Of a stretch of DNA of 59,063 bases, positions 26,252 through 36,120 are shown piece by piece. This DNA comes from a virus (taxonomy: Duplodnaviria; Caudoviricetes). Position 1 is the first letter of the stretch. Every line of letters starts with the position of its first letter. Below the pieces are notes generated by a model, which was not told where the DNA came from, did no database searches, and saw only the letters and a list, made by a program, of their open reading frames with translations. Both the position numbers and the translations under genes were made by a program. The stretch spans positions 1-59,063 of the IMG/VR virus record IMGVR_UViG_3300020401_000020, one strand, 5' to 3'.

Positions 26252-27157
26252 ATGCAAAATGAAATGACCACAGACCGAGCTGAAGAGCTAGTGCCATTAG
26301 ACACAGACGGCAATGAAGTAGAGGTCGAACTAGAAGAATCTAAAGTTACGGAAGTGATTGAAGAGGAAGCTACCCCAGAACCAGAAGCTGTAGAGGAAGA
26401 GGATTCTTCCGAACATGAAGAATACAGTAAGAAGGTTGAAACCCGCATAAATAAACTTACTGCAAAACTAAGAGAAGCTGAACGTAGAGAAGAAGCTGCT
26501 ACTACTTTTGCTAAGTCTATGCAGGAAGAAAATAAATCATTAAAAACAAGAACGACGGACTTAAATACAAACTATCTAACTGCAGAAGCTCAAAGGATTA
26601 CTGCAGAAACCGAAAGAGCAAAGAACGAGCTAAGACTAGCTAACGAATCAAGCGATACAGAAAAACAAACAGAAGCCCAATCTAAGATTGCGGCATTGGC
26701 AGTGGAAGCTCAAAGAATTACTGAGTTAACTAAAGCCGTTCCTGAAACAGCAGAAACAGAAGTTGAAGTGCCAGAAGCACCTCAACAGCAACAAGAGTAC
26801 GCTGCTCCTACACCTGACCCTAAAGCTCAAGAATGGGCTGACAGCAATGACTGGTTTGGTTCAGATAGAGCAATGACTATGACTGCTTTTGCAATTCACG
26901 AGGACTTAGTTAATGAAGGAATTGACCCTACTACAGATGACTATTATACTGAAGTAGATAACAGAATTCGTAACGAGTTTCCTCATAAATTTAATGATGA
27001 GGACTCTTCGCAGAAAAGCCGACCCGTTCAAGCGGTAGCACCAGTTAAAAGAGGTGCGAAAACTGGACGCAAATCTGTGAAACTCACACCTTCACAGGTA
27101 GCAATAGCTAAAAAATTGGGTGTGCCACTTGAAGAGTACGCGAAATATGTTAAATAA
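26252..27157 (+). CDS. Putative capsid scaffolding protein
   Basis: Acidic coiled coil, C-terminal AKKLGVPLEEYAK helix; position before capsid genes. Confidence 0.7.
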   Translation: MQNEMTTDRAEELVPLDTDGNEVEVELEESKVTEVIEEEATPEPEAVEEEDSSEHEEYSKKVETRINKLTAKLREAERREEAATTFAKSMQEENKSLKTRTTDLNTNYLTAEAQRITAETERAKNELRLANESSDTEKQTEAQSKIAALAVEAQRITELTKAVPETAETEVEVPEAPQQQQEYAAPTPDPKAQEWADSNDWFGSDRAMTMTAFAIHEDLVNEGIDPTTDDYYTEVDNRIRNEFPHKFNDEDSSQKSRPVQAVAPVKRGAKTGRKSVKLTPSQVAIAKKLGVPLEEYAKYVK

Positions 27158-27171
27158 CGTGGAGGTAACAT

Positions 27172-27648
27172 ATGGCAGATAACAGAAAAAAAGACGCAAA
27201 CCGTCAACCACGCGAAGCCCAGAGTAGAGAGCTTAGCTCTGAAAGAAAACCTTGGGCACCCCCGTCCGCTTTGGATGCACCTAATCCCCCTGAAGGATAT
27301 ATTCACAGATGGGTGAGAACAGAGGTTAGAGGATATGATGACCGTAAGAACATGTCAGCCAGACTTAGAGAAGGCTGGGAACCTGTTCGAGCAGACGAAT
27401 ATCCTGACTTTGAATCTCCCTCACTTGATGAAGGTAGATATGCAGGAGTGATTGGCGTAGGTGGACTAATTCTTTGCAGAATTCCTAAGGAAACTGTGGA
27501 TGAAAGAAGTGAATACTTCAAAGCAAAGACAAGGGACCAAATGTTGTCAGTAGACAACGATTTGATGAAAGAAGAGCATCAAGCCATGCCTATTAATAAA
27601 AATAGACAGAGTCGCGTAACATTTGGCGGAACTCAATCGAAAGATTAA
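27172..27648 (+). CDS. Conserved head-module protein
   Basis: 158 aa, strong RBS. Confidence 0.75.
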   Translation: MADNRKKDANRQPREAQSRELSSERKPWAPPSALDAPNPPEGYIHRWVRTEVRGYDDRKNMSARLREGWEPVRADEYPDFESPSLDEGRYAGVIGVGGLILCRIPKETVDERSEYFKAKTRDQMLSVDNDLMKEEHQAMPINKNRQSRVTFGGTQSKD

Positions 27649-27687
27649 GTTCTATAATTTTAATTTGTTTGAATTTAGGATAATTTT

Positions 27688-28269
27688 ATGGCAAATGTAG
27701 ATTCAGCTTTTGGACTAAAACCTTACGAGGGTTTATCTCCATCAGGTGCTATTCCACAAGCTAGGAAATACCTTATCAACCCATCAGGCTACGGCTCTAA
27801 CATCTATCAAGGTGACTTAGTTAAATTTAACGGCGGTTACATTGAACAAGCTGGTGTTAGTGACGCTAACATTGTTGGTGTTTTTAATGGTGTCCACTAT
27901 CAAAGTTCTGACGGTCCTGTATGGAGCAATTTCTACACAGCTAGTACAACTGCTAGTTCTGGAGACATTGAGGTCTACATTTATGACGACCCCAACACGT
28001 TGTTCACTATACAAGGTGATTCTGACACAGCATCTACTCAAGCTGCTGTAGGAAGAAACGCTGATACTGTCGGTACAGGCGGAAGCACTACAACTGGTTT
28101 ATCATCCAGAGAATTAGACGTAAGCACACTAGCAACTACTCAAGGTTTACAGCTTAAAGTAGTTGGTGTTGTGGACAATGAAAACAACGGAACTATTGCA
28201 GGTACACACGCTAATTTGATTGTTCAAATTAACGAACACGCCTACAAAGGTCCAGTAGCAGGTACATAA
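27688..28269 (+). CDS. Putative capsid decoration / minor capsid protein
   Basis: 193 aa, Gly/Thr-rich beta protein directly before MCP. Confidence 0.6.
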   Translation: MANVDSAFGLKPYEGLSPSGAIPQARKYLINPSGYGSNIYQGDLVKFNGGYIEQAGVSDANIVGVFNGVHYQSSDGPVWSNFYTASTTASSGDIEVYIYDDPNTLFTIQGDSDTASTQAAVGRNADTVGTGGSTTTGLSSRELDVSTLATTQGLQLKVVGVVDNENNGTIAGTHANLIVQINEHAYKGPVAGT

Positions 28270-28272
28270 TCA

Positions 28273-29181
28273 ATGGCTATATCAAGAGCACAATTAGTTA
28301 AGGAGTTAGAACCCGGACTAAATGCACTTTTTGGACTCGAATATGACAAGTATGAAAACGAACACGCCGAAATTTTCGACGCTGAGTCTTCAGACAGAGC
28401 ATTCGAAGAAGAAGTGATGCTTTCAGGCTTTGACGCTGCACCGGTAAAATCTGAAGGTTCAGGAGTAGCGTTTGACTCTGCTCAAGAATCCTTCACTGCT
28501 AGATACACACACGAAACTGTGGCATTAGCTTTCTCTATTACAGAAGAAGCTATTGAAGATAACTTGTATGACAAGTTATCTGCTCGTTACACTCGTGCGT
28601 TAGCTAGAAGTATGTCTACAACTAAGCAAATTAAAGCAGCCTCAGTTTTAAACAATGCGTTCAACAGCAGTTTTGCTGGAGGCGACGGTAAAGAGCTTTG
28701 TGCTACTGACCACCCAACTATCGGTGGCGGTAACTTTAGAAATGAGCTTTCTACTGCTGCTGACTTAAACGAAACTTCTTTAGAACAAGCATTGATTGAC
28801 ATTGCGGCGTTCATTGACGAACGTGGATTAAAAATAGCTGTACAAGGAACTAAGTTAATTATTCCAAAAGAGCTACAATTCACTGCTGACAGATTGCTTG
28901 AAACTAACTTAAGAGTGGGCACTTCTGATAACGATATTAACGCTATCAGAAACATGGGCATGATTCCTCAGGGATACGTGGTCAACCACTACTTAACAGA
29001 CACTGATGCTTTCTTTATTAAGACTGACGCACCTAACGGATTTAAAATGTTCGAAAGGTCACCTGTCAGAACTTCTATGGAAGCAGACTTTGATACTGGT
29101 AATGTGCGTTACAAAGCTAGAGAAAGATACTCATTTGGGTTCTCTGACCCAAGATGTGTCTTCGGTTCTCCGGGAGCGTAA
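28273..29181 (+). CDS. Major capsid protein
   Basis: MAISRAQLVKELEPGLNALFG N-terminus and RERYSFG C-terminal motif; followed by terminator. Confidence 0.9.
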   Translation: MAISRAQLVKELEPGLNALFGLEYDKYENEHAEIFDAESSDRAFEEEVMLSGFDAAPVKSEGSGVAFDSAQESFTARYTHETVALAFSITEEAIEDNLYDKLSARYTRALARSMSTTKQIKAASVLNNAFNSSFAGGDGKELCATDHPTIGGGNFRNELSTAADLNETSLEQALIDIAAFIDERGLKIAVQGTKLIIPKELQFTADRLLETNLRVGTSDNDINAIRNMGMIPQGYVVNHYLTDTDAFFIKTDAPNGFKMFERSPVRTSMEADFDTGNVRYKARERYSFGFSDPRCVFGSPGA

Positions 29182-29207
29182 CCAAGTCGTTTAACTTAAG
29201 GAACCTC

Positions 29208-29241
29208 TGGCGGGGGTTTCTCACTCAACCCGCCAACTTTT
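29208..29241 (+). terminator. Terminator-like stem-loop after MCP
   Basis: TGGCGGG...CCCGCCA-ACTTTT. Confidence 0.55.
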
Positions 29242-29244
29242 ACT

Positions 29245-29451
29245 ATGGACAAAATAAACCCTAAACACTACAAAGATGGCTCAATAGAATGTATTGACGC
29301 TATTCAATCAGCTATGTCTGAGAAAGCTTTCTCTGGCTACTTAAAAGGCAACATACTTAAATACATGTGGCGATACGAAAAGAAAAACGGTAGAGAAGAC
29401 CTAGAAAAAGCTAGGTGGTATTTAAATAAGTTACTTGATACAATAAAATAA
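29245..29451 (+). CDS. DUF3310-family protein (T7 gp1.7 / SaV-like)
   Basis: INPKHY...IECIDAI...GNILKY.WR..KKNG.EDL.KA.WYL. Confidence 0.85.
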   Translation: MDKINPKHYKDGSIECIDAIQSAMSEKAFSGYLKGNILKYMWRYEKKNGREDLEKARWYLNKLLDTIK

Positions 29452-29455
29452 TATT

Positions 29456-29511
29456 CCGAGCATTCGAATAACACTGTATGACTGGCTCGGCAGACTTAAT
29501 CGACATGCAGT
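29456..29511 (+). promoter_or_regulatory. Candidate pseudoknotted 5' leader
   Basis: CCGAGC/GCTCGG crossing ACTGTATG/CATGCAGT just upstream of AAGGAG RBS. Confidence 0.35.
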
Positions 29512-29527
29512 AATTTAAGGAGCTAAT

Positions 29528-30007
29528 ATGGCAACTTCAACATTCAATGGTCCAATTCGTTCAGAAAATGGATTTAAAACTATAATTAAAAATAGTTCAG
29601 GCGGTCTCACTAATGAGATGACTCTTTCAACTTACAGCACTTCTATCACTATTGCTGCTTCAGGTACTGACCACAAGGAAAGTTCAATAGGTATACCATC
29701 AAACTTTATACCTATGGGTGTAGCGATTACTGTAACTAGTGCCGCTGCTAACAACGTAAATTTAGTAGACATTGGTACTGATGCAGATACTGATGGTTTT
29801 GTAGATGGTATCTCCGTAGCTATTAACTCAACTGGTTTCAAAGGATTTTTCCCTTGCAACGGAGTTTTAGGTATGTCTGGTGGTACTACAACTGCAGCTA
29901 CTGAAACAGCTGATGAAGTAGAAGTAGTTATTTCTGGAACAGCAGGAGCTGGTGGAGTAGTAGCGTTAAAATTCTTTGGAATTGCGTCTGACTCACCAAC
30001 TGCATAA
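29528..30007 (+). CDS. Virion structural protein
   Basis: 159 aa, Ser/Thr/Gly-rich, strong RBS. Confidence 0.7.
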   Translation: MATSTFNGPIRSENGFKTIIKNSSGGLTNEMTLSTYSTSITIAASGTDHKESSIGIPSNFIPMGVAITVTSAAANNVNLVDIGTDADTDGFVDGISVAINSTGFKGFFPCNGVLGMSGGTTTAATETADEVEVVISGTAGAGGVVALKFFGIASDSPTA

Positions 30008-30019
30008 TAGGAGCTAACT

Positions 30020-30307
30020 ATGGCAGGACGAATGACAGGTTCTGATGTTGTAACAGCATCCGTAACTTCAACTGGCGACATGACTACTAAGCGTTCAAGG
30101 CTTCGTGGTTTTGTAGTGTCAGGTGGGTCTTCAGATGGCACAGTTACTTTTAAAAATACTAGTTCAGGTTCAACACTATTAGTGTTACCTGTAAACGCTG
30201 ATACTACCGAAACATTAAATATTCCAGACAATGGGATACTATTTGTAGATGGTATACATGCAACACTATCTAACATAGATAGAGTAACTATATTTTTTAC
30301 AGGGTAA
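30020..30307 (+). CDS. Virion structural protein
   Basis: 95 aa, AGGAG RBS. Confidence 0.7.
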   Translation: MAGRMTGSDVVTASVTSTGDMTTKRSRLRGFVVSGGSSDGTVTFKNTSSGSTLLVLPVNADTTETLNIPDNGILFVDGIHATLSNIDRVTIFFTG

Positions 30308-30310
30308 TTA

Positions 30311-30958
30311 GTGGCAACTTCAGGTACTACAGCCTTTGACTTGAGCGTTGATGAGCTTATAGAAGAAGCTTATGAGCGTTGTGGAGTTGAATTAAGAACA
30401 GGGTACGATTTAGAAAGTGCAAGAAGGTCATTAAATATTATGATGGCTGATTGGGCTAACCGTGGACTTAATCAATGGACAATAGAACAACGCTCAGTCA
30501 CAGTTACTTCAGGAACTAACTACATAGACATTGGCACTGATGTAGTTGACATTACTGAAGCTGTAATTAGAAGAAGTGGTACCGATATACAACTAAGTAG
30601 AATTAGTCGTTCTGACTATTTATATACACCGTCTAAAGATAGTACAGGTAGACCAAACCAATATTTCTTAGATAGGCAAACAACACCTAGAATTTATTTG
30701 TTTCCAACACCAGAAAATTCTACTGACACATTAATCTACAATGCGTTGACTAGAATACAAGATGCAGGAGACTACACAAACAACATGGAAATAGTATTTA
30801 GATTTATACCTTGCATGGTAGCAGGACTAGCATATTACCTAGCTATGAAAAGAAACCCTGCAGCATTAGCAAATCTAAAAACAGTTTATGACGAAGAATT
30901 TAATAGAGCAGCATTCATGGATAGAGAAGGAGGTAGCTCTAAATTTGTAGGTTCTTAA
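30311..30958 (+). CDS. Putative head-tail adaptor / tail tubular protein
   Basis: 215 aa, G.P..Y...LFP.P adaptor-like motif. Confidence 0.6.
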   Translation: MATSGTTAFDLSVDELIEEAYERCGVELRTGYDLESARRSLNIMMADWANRGLNQWTIEQRSVTVTSGTNYIDIGTDVVDITEAVIRRSGTDIQLSRISRSDYLYTPSKDSTGRPNQYFLDRQTTPRIYLFPTPENSTDTLIYNALTRIQDAGDYTNNMEIVFRFIPCMVAGLAYYLAMKRNPAALANLKTVYDEEFNRAAFMDREGGSSKFVGS

Positions 30959-30959
30959 C

Positions 30960-31688
30960 ATGAGTTTCGCTACGGCAAAATACGCATATGGTCTGTGTGA
31001 CCAATGTGGTCAAAGATATAAATTAAAAAGACTTAAAAAACAATGGGACGGCATAAAGTCTTGTCCACAATGTTTTGATACAAAACATCCACAACTGCAA
31101 CCTAAGAATAGACCAGCTGACCCAGAAGCTTTACGTGACCCTAGACCAAACACAGATGTAGAAATATTTAGTGGTAAAGTAATTAGTGATGATGTTATTG
31201 GTAGTAATATCAATGGTTTTAGAATAGTAAGCACTCTAGGAAGTGTAGAAGCGGGAGCAGATGTAGTACCTAATCCAGATACTTCAAGTGTTACAACAGC
31301 TTTGACAGGGCAAAGTTCAACAAGTTCATTAGGTACGCCAACTCTTTCTACAAACGTAACTACATATGCAGTCACTGTAGCATCTTACTCAGGAGCAAAC
31401 AGATACTACATAGATGGAGTTGTATACCCTACTTTAAATTTGTCTGAAGGTAGTATATACAGATTTGACCAATCTGATTCTAGTAACTCTGGACATCCAT
31501 TAAGATTTTCAACAACATCTGATGGTACACATAACAGCGGTTCAGAATATACTACAGGGGTAACAACTAGCGGTACTCCGGGCAGTGCTGGAGCATACAC
31601 ACAAATAACTGTAGCAGGTGGAGCACCAACACTTTATTATTACTGCACTAACCACTCTGGTATGGGCGGACAAGCGAATACACCATAA
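30960..31688 (+). CDS. Zn-ribbon protein fused to cupredoxin-like C-terminal domain
   Basis: CDQCG...CPQC N-terminus; GHPLRF...YYYCTNHSGMGG C-terminus. Confidence 0.6.
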   Translation: MSFATAKYAYGLCDQCGQRYKLKRLKKQWDGIKSCPQCFDTKHPQLQPKNRPADPEALRDPRPNTDVEIFSGKVISDDVIGSNINGFRIVSTLGSVEAGADVVPNPDTSSVTTALTGQSSTSSLGTPTLSTNVTTYAVTVASYSGANRYYIDGVVYPTLNLSEGSIYRFDQSDSSNSGHPLRFSTTSDGTHNSGSEYTTGVTTSGTPGSAGAYTQITVAGGAPTLYYYCTNHSGMGGQANTP

Positions 31689-31708
31689 ATTTAATGATAT
31701 AATTAACT

Positions 31709-32371
31709 ATGAGTTTTACTTACGGCACACTAAAAACAACTGTACAAAATTATTTAGATACAGAAGAAACTGCTTTTGTAGCCACTTTACCTACTTTCAT
31801 AACTACAGCAGAAGAAAGAATACTAAAAGGTGTGAACTTAAATGTATTTAGAAAAAATGTAACAGGTACTTTGACAGCAGGTAATACATATTTATCTATG
31901 CCTAGCGATTATTTAAAAAGTTTTAGCTTAGCCACAGTAGACAGCGGAGTGTACGATTACTTATTACTTAAGCATGTTAGTTTTATGAGAGAGCATCAAC
32001 CTGACTCAACTTCGTCTAGTAAAAGAGGAAAACCTAAATACTATGCTCAGTTTGATGAAGATAGCTTTATCGTAAGTCCTGTACCTGATGCAGCATACAC
32101 CGTAGAACTGCATTATTTTTATGAACCAGCATCTTTAACAGCAGGTAGTGATAGTGGCACAACATGGCTTTCTGAAAATGCCAGAGATGCTTTATTGTAT
32201 GGCACACTTATAGAAGGAGCGTTGTTCCAAAAACTGCCTTTAAATGAAGTACAAGCATACGAAAGTAGATTTCAAGAAGCTTTACTTAAATTAAAATTAG
32301 AGCAAGAGGCTCTTGGCACCAGAGAAGAATACAGATATGACAGACCAAGGGGCGTACCTACTAACACATGA
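31709..32371 (+). CDS. Putative head-tail adaptor protein
   Basis: 220 aa, GKPKYYA...SPVPD...LLYG.L.E pattern. Confidence 0.65.
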   Translation: MSFTYGTLKTTVQNYLDTEETAFVATLPTFITTAEERILKGVNLNVFRKNVTGTLTAGNTYLSMPSDYLKSFSLATVDSGVYDYLLLKHVSFMREHQPDSTSSSKRGKPKYYAQFDEDSFIVSPVPDAAYTVELHYFYEPASLTAGSDSGTTWLSENARDALLYGTLIEGALFQKLPLNEVQAYESRFQEALLKLKLEQEALGTREEYRYDRPRGVPTNT

Positions 32372-32661
32372 GTTTTGAGATAAAAGTTACCTCTAATTTA
32401 GGGGAAATTTCAGTAGCTACAGAAAACGAAAAAGGACATTCTGTGGAGTACCTAGCACAAAGATGTGCAGATAAAATTTGTGGTATTTCTGAAAATAGTA
32501 CACCTGAGGTCAGGCAACAGGCAGAAGCTTTTAAGGTAGCTATTTACAATACAATCCTTTATTATATGAAACAAGCTATCACTAGTGATAGGACAACAGT
32601 GACAGGGCTTCTTAAGAGGCAAGGTCATAATGATTTAGCTAAAATTTTAACGGAGCTTTAA
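32368..32661 (+). CDS. Hypothetical structural-module protein
   Basis: 97 aa, ATGA overlap. Confidence 0.7.
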   Translation: MSFEIKVTSNLGEISVATENEKGHSVEYLAQRCADKICGISENSTPEVRQQAEAFKVAIYNTILYYMKQAITSDRTTVTGLLKRQGHNDLAKILTEL

Positions 32662-32662
32662 C

Positions 32663-33091
32663 ATGGCAATAACTTCAACTTTGACAACCAGTTTTAAAAC
32701 TCAATTACTAACTGGTGACCATAACTTCACTAACAGTAGTGGAGATACTTATAAACTAGCACTTTTTACAAGTTCTGCTACTTTAGGAGCGGCTACTACA
32801 GCTTATGCTACTAGTAATGAAGTTTCAGGTAGTGGATATAGTGCAGGTGGAGGAACTCTTACTAACGTTACTCCGTCAGCTGATGGAACTACTGCAATTA
32901 CAGATTTCGCAGATTTAACTTTTAGTAGTGCCACAATAACTGCTAGAGGTTGTTTAATTTATAACAGTTCTGATTCTAATAAATCAGTAGCTAGTATAGA
33001 TTTTGGTGGAGATAAAACTTCTACCAATGGCGACTTTACTATTCAGTTTCCAGCAGCAGCAGCTAGTACAGCTATTATCAGAATAGCATAG
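32663..33091 (+). CDS. Tail-associated structural protein
   Basis: 142 aa, Ser/Thr/Ala-rich, GY.AGG..L motif. Confidence 0.7.
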   Translation: MAITSTLTTSFKTQLLTGDHNFTNSSGDTYKLALFTSSATLGAATTAYATSNEVSGSGYSAGGGTLTNVTPSADGTTAITDFADLTFSSATITARGCLIYNSSDSNKSVASIDFGGDKTSTNGDFTIQFPAAAASTAIIRIA

Positions 33092-33100
33092 GAGGAGAGC

Positions 33101-34453
33101 ATGGCTCTTGTCCTAAACGATAGGGTAAAAGAAACTACCACTTCTACTGGCACAGGCACCATAAATTTAGCAGGTGCTGAAACTGGTTTTGAAACTTTTG
33201 TAGCAGGTGTTGGAAACTCTAATACTTGTTACTATTGTATTGCTCATCAATCGGCAAATGAATTTGAAGTTGGTTTAGGCACAGTTACTGACGCTACTCC
33301 CGATACATTAGCAAGAACTACAATTATTAGTAGTTCTAACTCTGACTCTGCAGTTGATTTTTCTGCAGGAACTAAAGATGTATTTTGTACATTACCTGCA
33401 AGTAAAGCTGTATTTCTTAATGGCTCTGGGGATATAAACCTTGCGGATAACAGTAAAATTTTATTAGGAGCAGGAGATGATTTACGAATTTACCATGACG
33501 GTAATAATAGTATTATTTCTGATGAAGGAACGGGTGGTTTATTTCTGAGAGGAACTGACACAGTAGATATACAAAGTGCATTAGGACACAACTACTTAAA
33601 ATCTACTATAAGTGCAGGAACTCAAATTTATTACGATAATGCAGAAAAGTTTGCAACTGTATCAGGGGGAATAAAAGTCACAGGAGGCATTGAAAACGCT
33701 TCTGGAAATATGAGAATAGATGTTGCTGGAGTATTATTTCTTGATGGAGATACTAGAATAGATTTAGAAGATGGTGGCTCAACTTATGGAAGATTCCAAA
33801 TGAACAGCACCAGTTCTAAGGACTTTATTATCCAATCAATACAAGATGACAAAGATATGTTATTCAAGGGTAGTGATGGTGGCTCAACTATAACTGCTCT
33901 TACTCTTGATATGTCTGATGCAGGTGCTGCAATATTTAATAATTCTGTCCGAATTGGACAAAGCTCAGCTGCTAATCTATTAGTAGCAAACAATAGTAAT
34001 GTCGTAGAACTAAAAGCTGGAAAGGATGGAACAGACGCTGTTGATTTAGGTTTTTATACTCAGGCTTCTGGTGGCACTTTAGCAGAAAGGATGAGGCTTG
34101 ATAGTGGGGGTAATCTTGTTGCATCTGGAAATATCACAGCTTATGGCTCTCCTTCTGATATAAAGCTAAAAGAAAATATAGAAGTCATAGATAATGCTTT
34201 AGATAAAGTAAAACAACTTAAAGGTATTACTTATGATTTAAAATCTGATGGTAATAGACTTACAGGTTTAATAGCACAAGATTTAGAAAAAGTCTTACCA
34301 GAGGCAGTTTATACAGCAAAAGATTTAGAAGATGAGGAACATTTAGCAATTCGTTATGGCAACACAGTAGGTTTATTAGTAGAAGCTATTAAAGAACAAC
34401 AAGAACAAATAGAGACTCTTACAGCTAAAGTAAAAGAACTAGAGAATAAGTAA
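33101..34453 (+). CDS. Tail fibre with C-terminal intramolecular chaperone (peptidase S74-like)
   Basis: SDIKLKENI...GLIAQDL...LLVEAIKE coiled coil. Confidence 0.85.
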   Translation: MALVLNDRVKETTTSTGTGTINLAGAETGFETFVAGVGNSNTCYYCIAHQSANEFEVGLGTVTDATPDTLARTTIISSSNSDSAVDFSAGTKDVFCTLPASKAVFLNGSGDINLADNSKILLGAGDDLRIYHDGNNSIISDEGTGGLFLRGTDTVDIQSALGHNYLKSTISAGTQIYYDNAEKFATVSGGIKVTGGIENASGNMRIDVAGVLFLDGDTRIDLEDGGSTYGRFQMNSTSSKDFIIQSIQDDKDMLFKGSDGGSTITALTLDMSDAGAAIFNNSVRIGQSSAANLLVANNSNVVELKAGKDGTDAVDLGFYTQASGGTLAERMRLDSGGNLVASGNITAYGSPSDIKLKENIEVIDNALDKVKQLKGITYDLKSDGNRLTGLIAQDLEKVLPEAVYTAKDLEDEEHLAIRYGNTVGLLVEAIKEQQEQIETLTAKVKELENK

Positions 34454-35178
34454 TGGCAATATCTTCAAGTGGCTCAGTAGCTTTTAGTCAAATACAAAGT
34501 GAGTGGGGTGGTAGTAATCCTATTAGCATGAGTGAATACTATTCAGGAAGTTTAACTAGTAATACAACCTCTGTCACTGTTAATCCAACAGTACAAAGTA
34601 CTGGAACTAGTTATACTTCAGGTAAAAGTACTTACCAAATATACGCAGATGGTTGGGGTCATACTTCGGTGACACCACAAAATCTTTCTTCGTCTACTCA
34701 ATCTTTAACTCTTAATTATCGAACAGGAGTTGATAAGACAGGAAATGCAGGAGCAATACCTTCATCTGGAGCTATACAGGCAAATCATTTCAGAGGAACT
34801 TCTATTGGCACAAATAATTCTGTTACTTGTTATGGGGTCTATCATTATAGAGACACAGGAGCAACTTTTACAAATCTTGTCTATGTATGGTTTAGTGGTC
34901 ATTGGGGAACTCAAGGTTCTACATTTGTGACTAATCCACCACCTGCTTATGGTGTTCCATTCGCTTATGTTAATACTGCTGCTGAATCTAATACTCCTGC
35001 TACAACAATTCGTATGAATCAAAGTAGTAATGCCTCTAATGGTTTTTTTAATGGAAGATATGCACTTACTCATAAGAATAATTCTACAATAGGAAACTAC
35101 ACTGAATTTTTGGCTTTTGGTGGAAGTCACACTATCGGGGGTTTTAGCGGAACTTGGACTAATACTTTTTATCTCTAA
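34453..35178 (+). CDS. Putative tail-fibre tip / adhesin
   Basis: SSG...SQIQ.E.GGSNPISMSEYY N-terminal motif after chaperoned fibre; Ser/Thr/Gly/aromatic-rich. Confidence 0.65.
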   Translation: MAISSSGSVAFSQIQSEWGGSNPISMSEYYSGSLTSNTTSVTVNPTVQSTGTSYTSGKSTYQIYADGWGHTSVTPQNLSSSTQSLTLNYRTGVDKTGNAGAIPSSGAIQANHFRGTSIGTNNSVTCYGVYHYRDTGATFTNLVYVWFSGHWGTQGSTFVTNPPPAYGVPFAYVNTAAESNTPATTIRMNQSSNASNGFFNGRYALTHKNNSTIGNYTEFLAFGGSHTIGGFSGTWTNTFYL

Positions 35179-35179
35179 A

Positions 35180-35437
35180 ATGGATATTACATATACAACA
35201 ATTAATGGAGTTAAGTATGCTTTTGCAACTTATAGAGAAGAAACTTTTCAAACGATTGCAGATAATGTGTCAGAGGAAGAAATACAAAGTATGTTTGCAA
35301 ACTTAAAACGAATAATAGATGAACAATATGAAACTTTAAATAGTAAAGACAAAGAAATTGAAGAAGCAAGAAATCAACAACAACATATAGTTCTAGTTGA
35401 TTTAAAACAACAAACACAACCTATAGGAGACATATAA
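35180..35437 (+). CDS. Hypothetical protein
   Basis: Start moved to MDITYTT just after upstream stop. Confidence 0.6.
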   Translation: MDITYTTINGVKYAFATYREETFQTIADNVSEEEIQSMFANLKRIIDEQYETLNSKDKEIEEARNQQQHIVLVDLKQQTQPIGDI

Positions 35438-36120
35438 TGGCTATTATAATTACTTTTGAAGCTATTCCTGAGTCGCATTGTAAACCAGAAGACGATTTAG
35501 AATTCGTTATCTTGAAAGGCAATAAAGGAGATATTTTATTAAGAGAAACCATGGAAGATAATTTAGAAGGTTATCCAGAAATAGTTTATGACACAGAAAG
35601 CTCTAAAGTCTTTAGACGACCTAATAGACTTTCATTATTACAAGGAGCATTAAAAGGAACAATATCTTGGACTGGAGACGAAATAGAAGCATCAGATATA
35701 GAACGATTTAAAACTCTAAATAAAAATTCTGTATTTAAAGAATCAACTACAAGTGAAGCAATAGCTAATAAAGAATATATATTCACTTACACTTATGGAG
35801 TAGATTATCCAACATTATATGATGCAAGAGGAAAGTGGGCATTAGCAGCAAAAGCATGTATGGAAGCAACAGTTGATGATACAAGATTTTTATGTACTAG
35901 GTCAGCATCAGATTACAATAGTAAACATATAGATATTGATGTAGGTGATACAAAAACCATAACAAAACAAAAAGGAACTAATTATGTATATTTCCCGCAA
36001 AGATGTTTAATAGGCGAAATAGACATTCCACAGTTTAGTGTAAACAAATTAACAAGTGATTCGATTGATGTGACTAATAATGGAGAGGCACCTGCAAGAG
36101 TGGTAGTTGTATCTAAATAA
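35437..36120 (+). CDS. Hypothetical protein
   Basis: 227 aa, AGGAG RBS, TAATG coupling. Confidence 0.7.
   Translation: MAIIITFEAIPESHCKPEDDLEFVILKGNKGDILLRETMEDNLEGYPEIVYDTESSKVFRRPNRLSLLQGALKGTISWTGDEIEASDIERFKTLNKNSVFKESTTSEAIANKEYIFTYTYGVDYPTLYDARGKWALAAKACMEATVDDTRFLCTRSASDYNSKHIDIDVGDTKTITKQKGTNYVYFPQRCLIGEIDIPQFSVNKLTSDSIDVTNNGEAPARVVVVSK

Noticed and set aside
29470-29511. ZTP (pfl) riboswitch suggested by TGACTGGC
   Set aside because: The rest of the consensus is missing and the downstream gene is structural.
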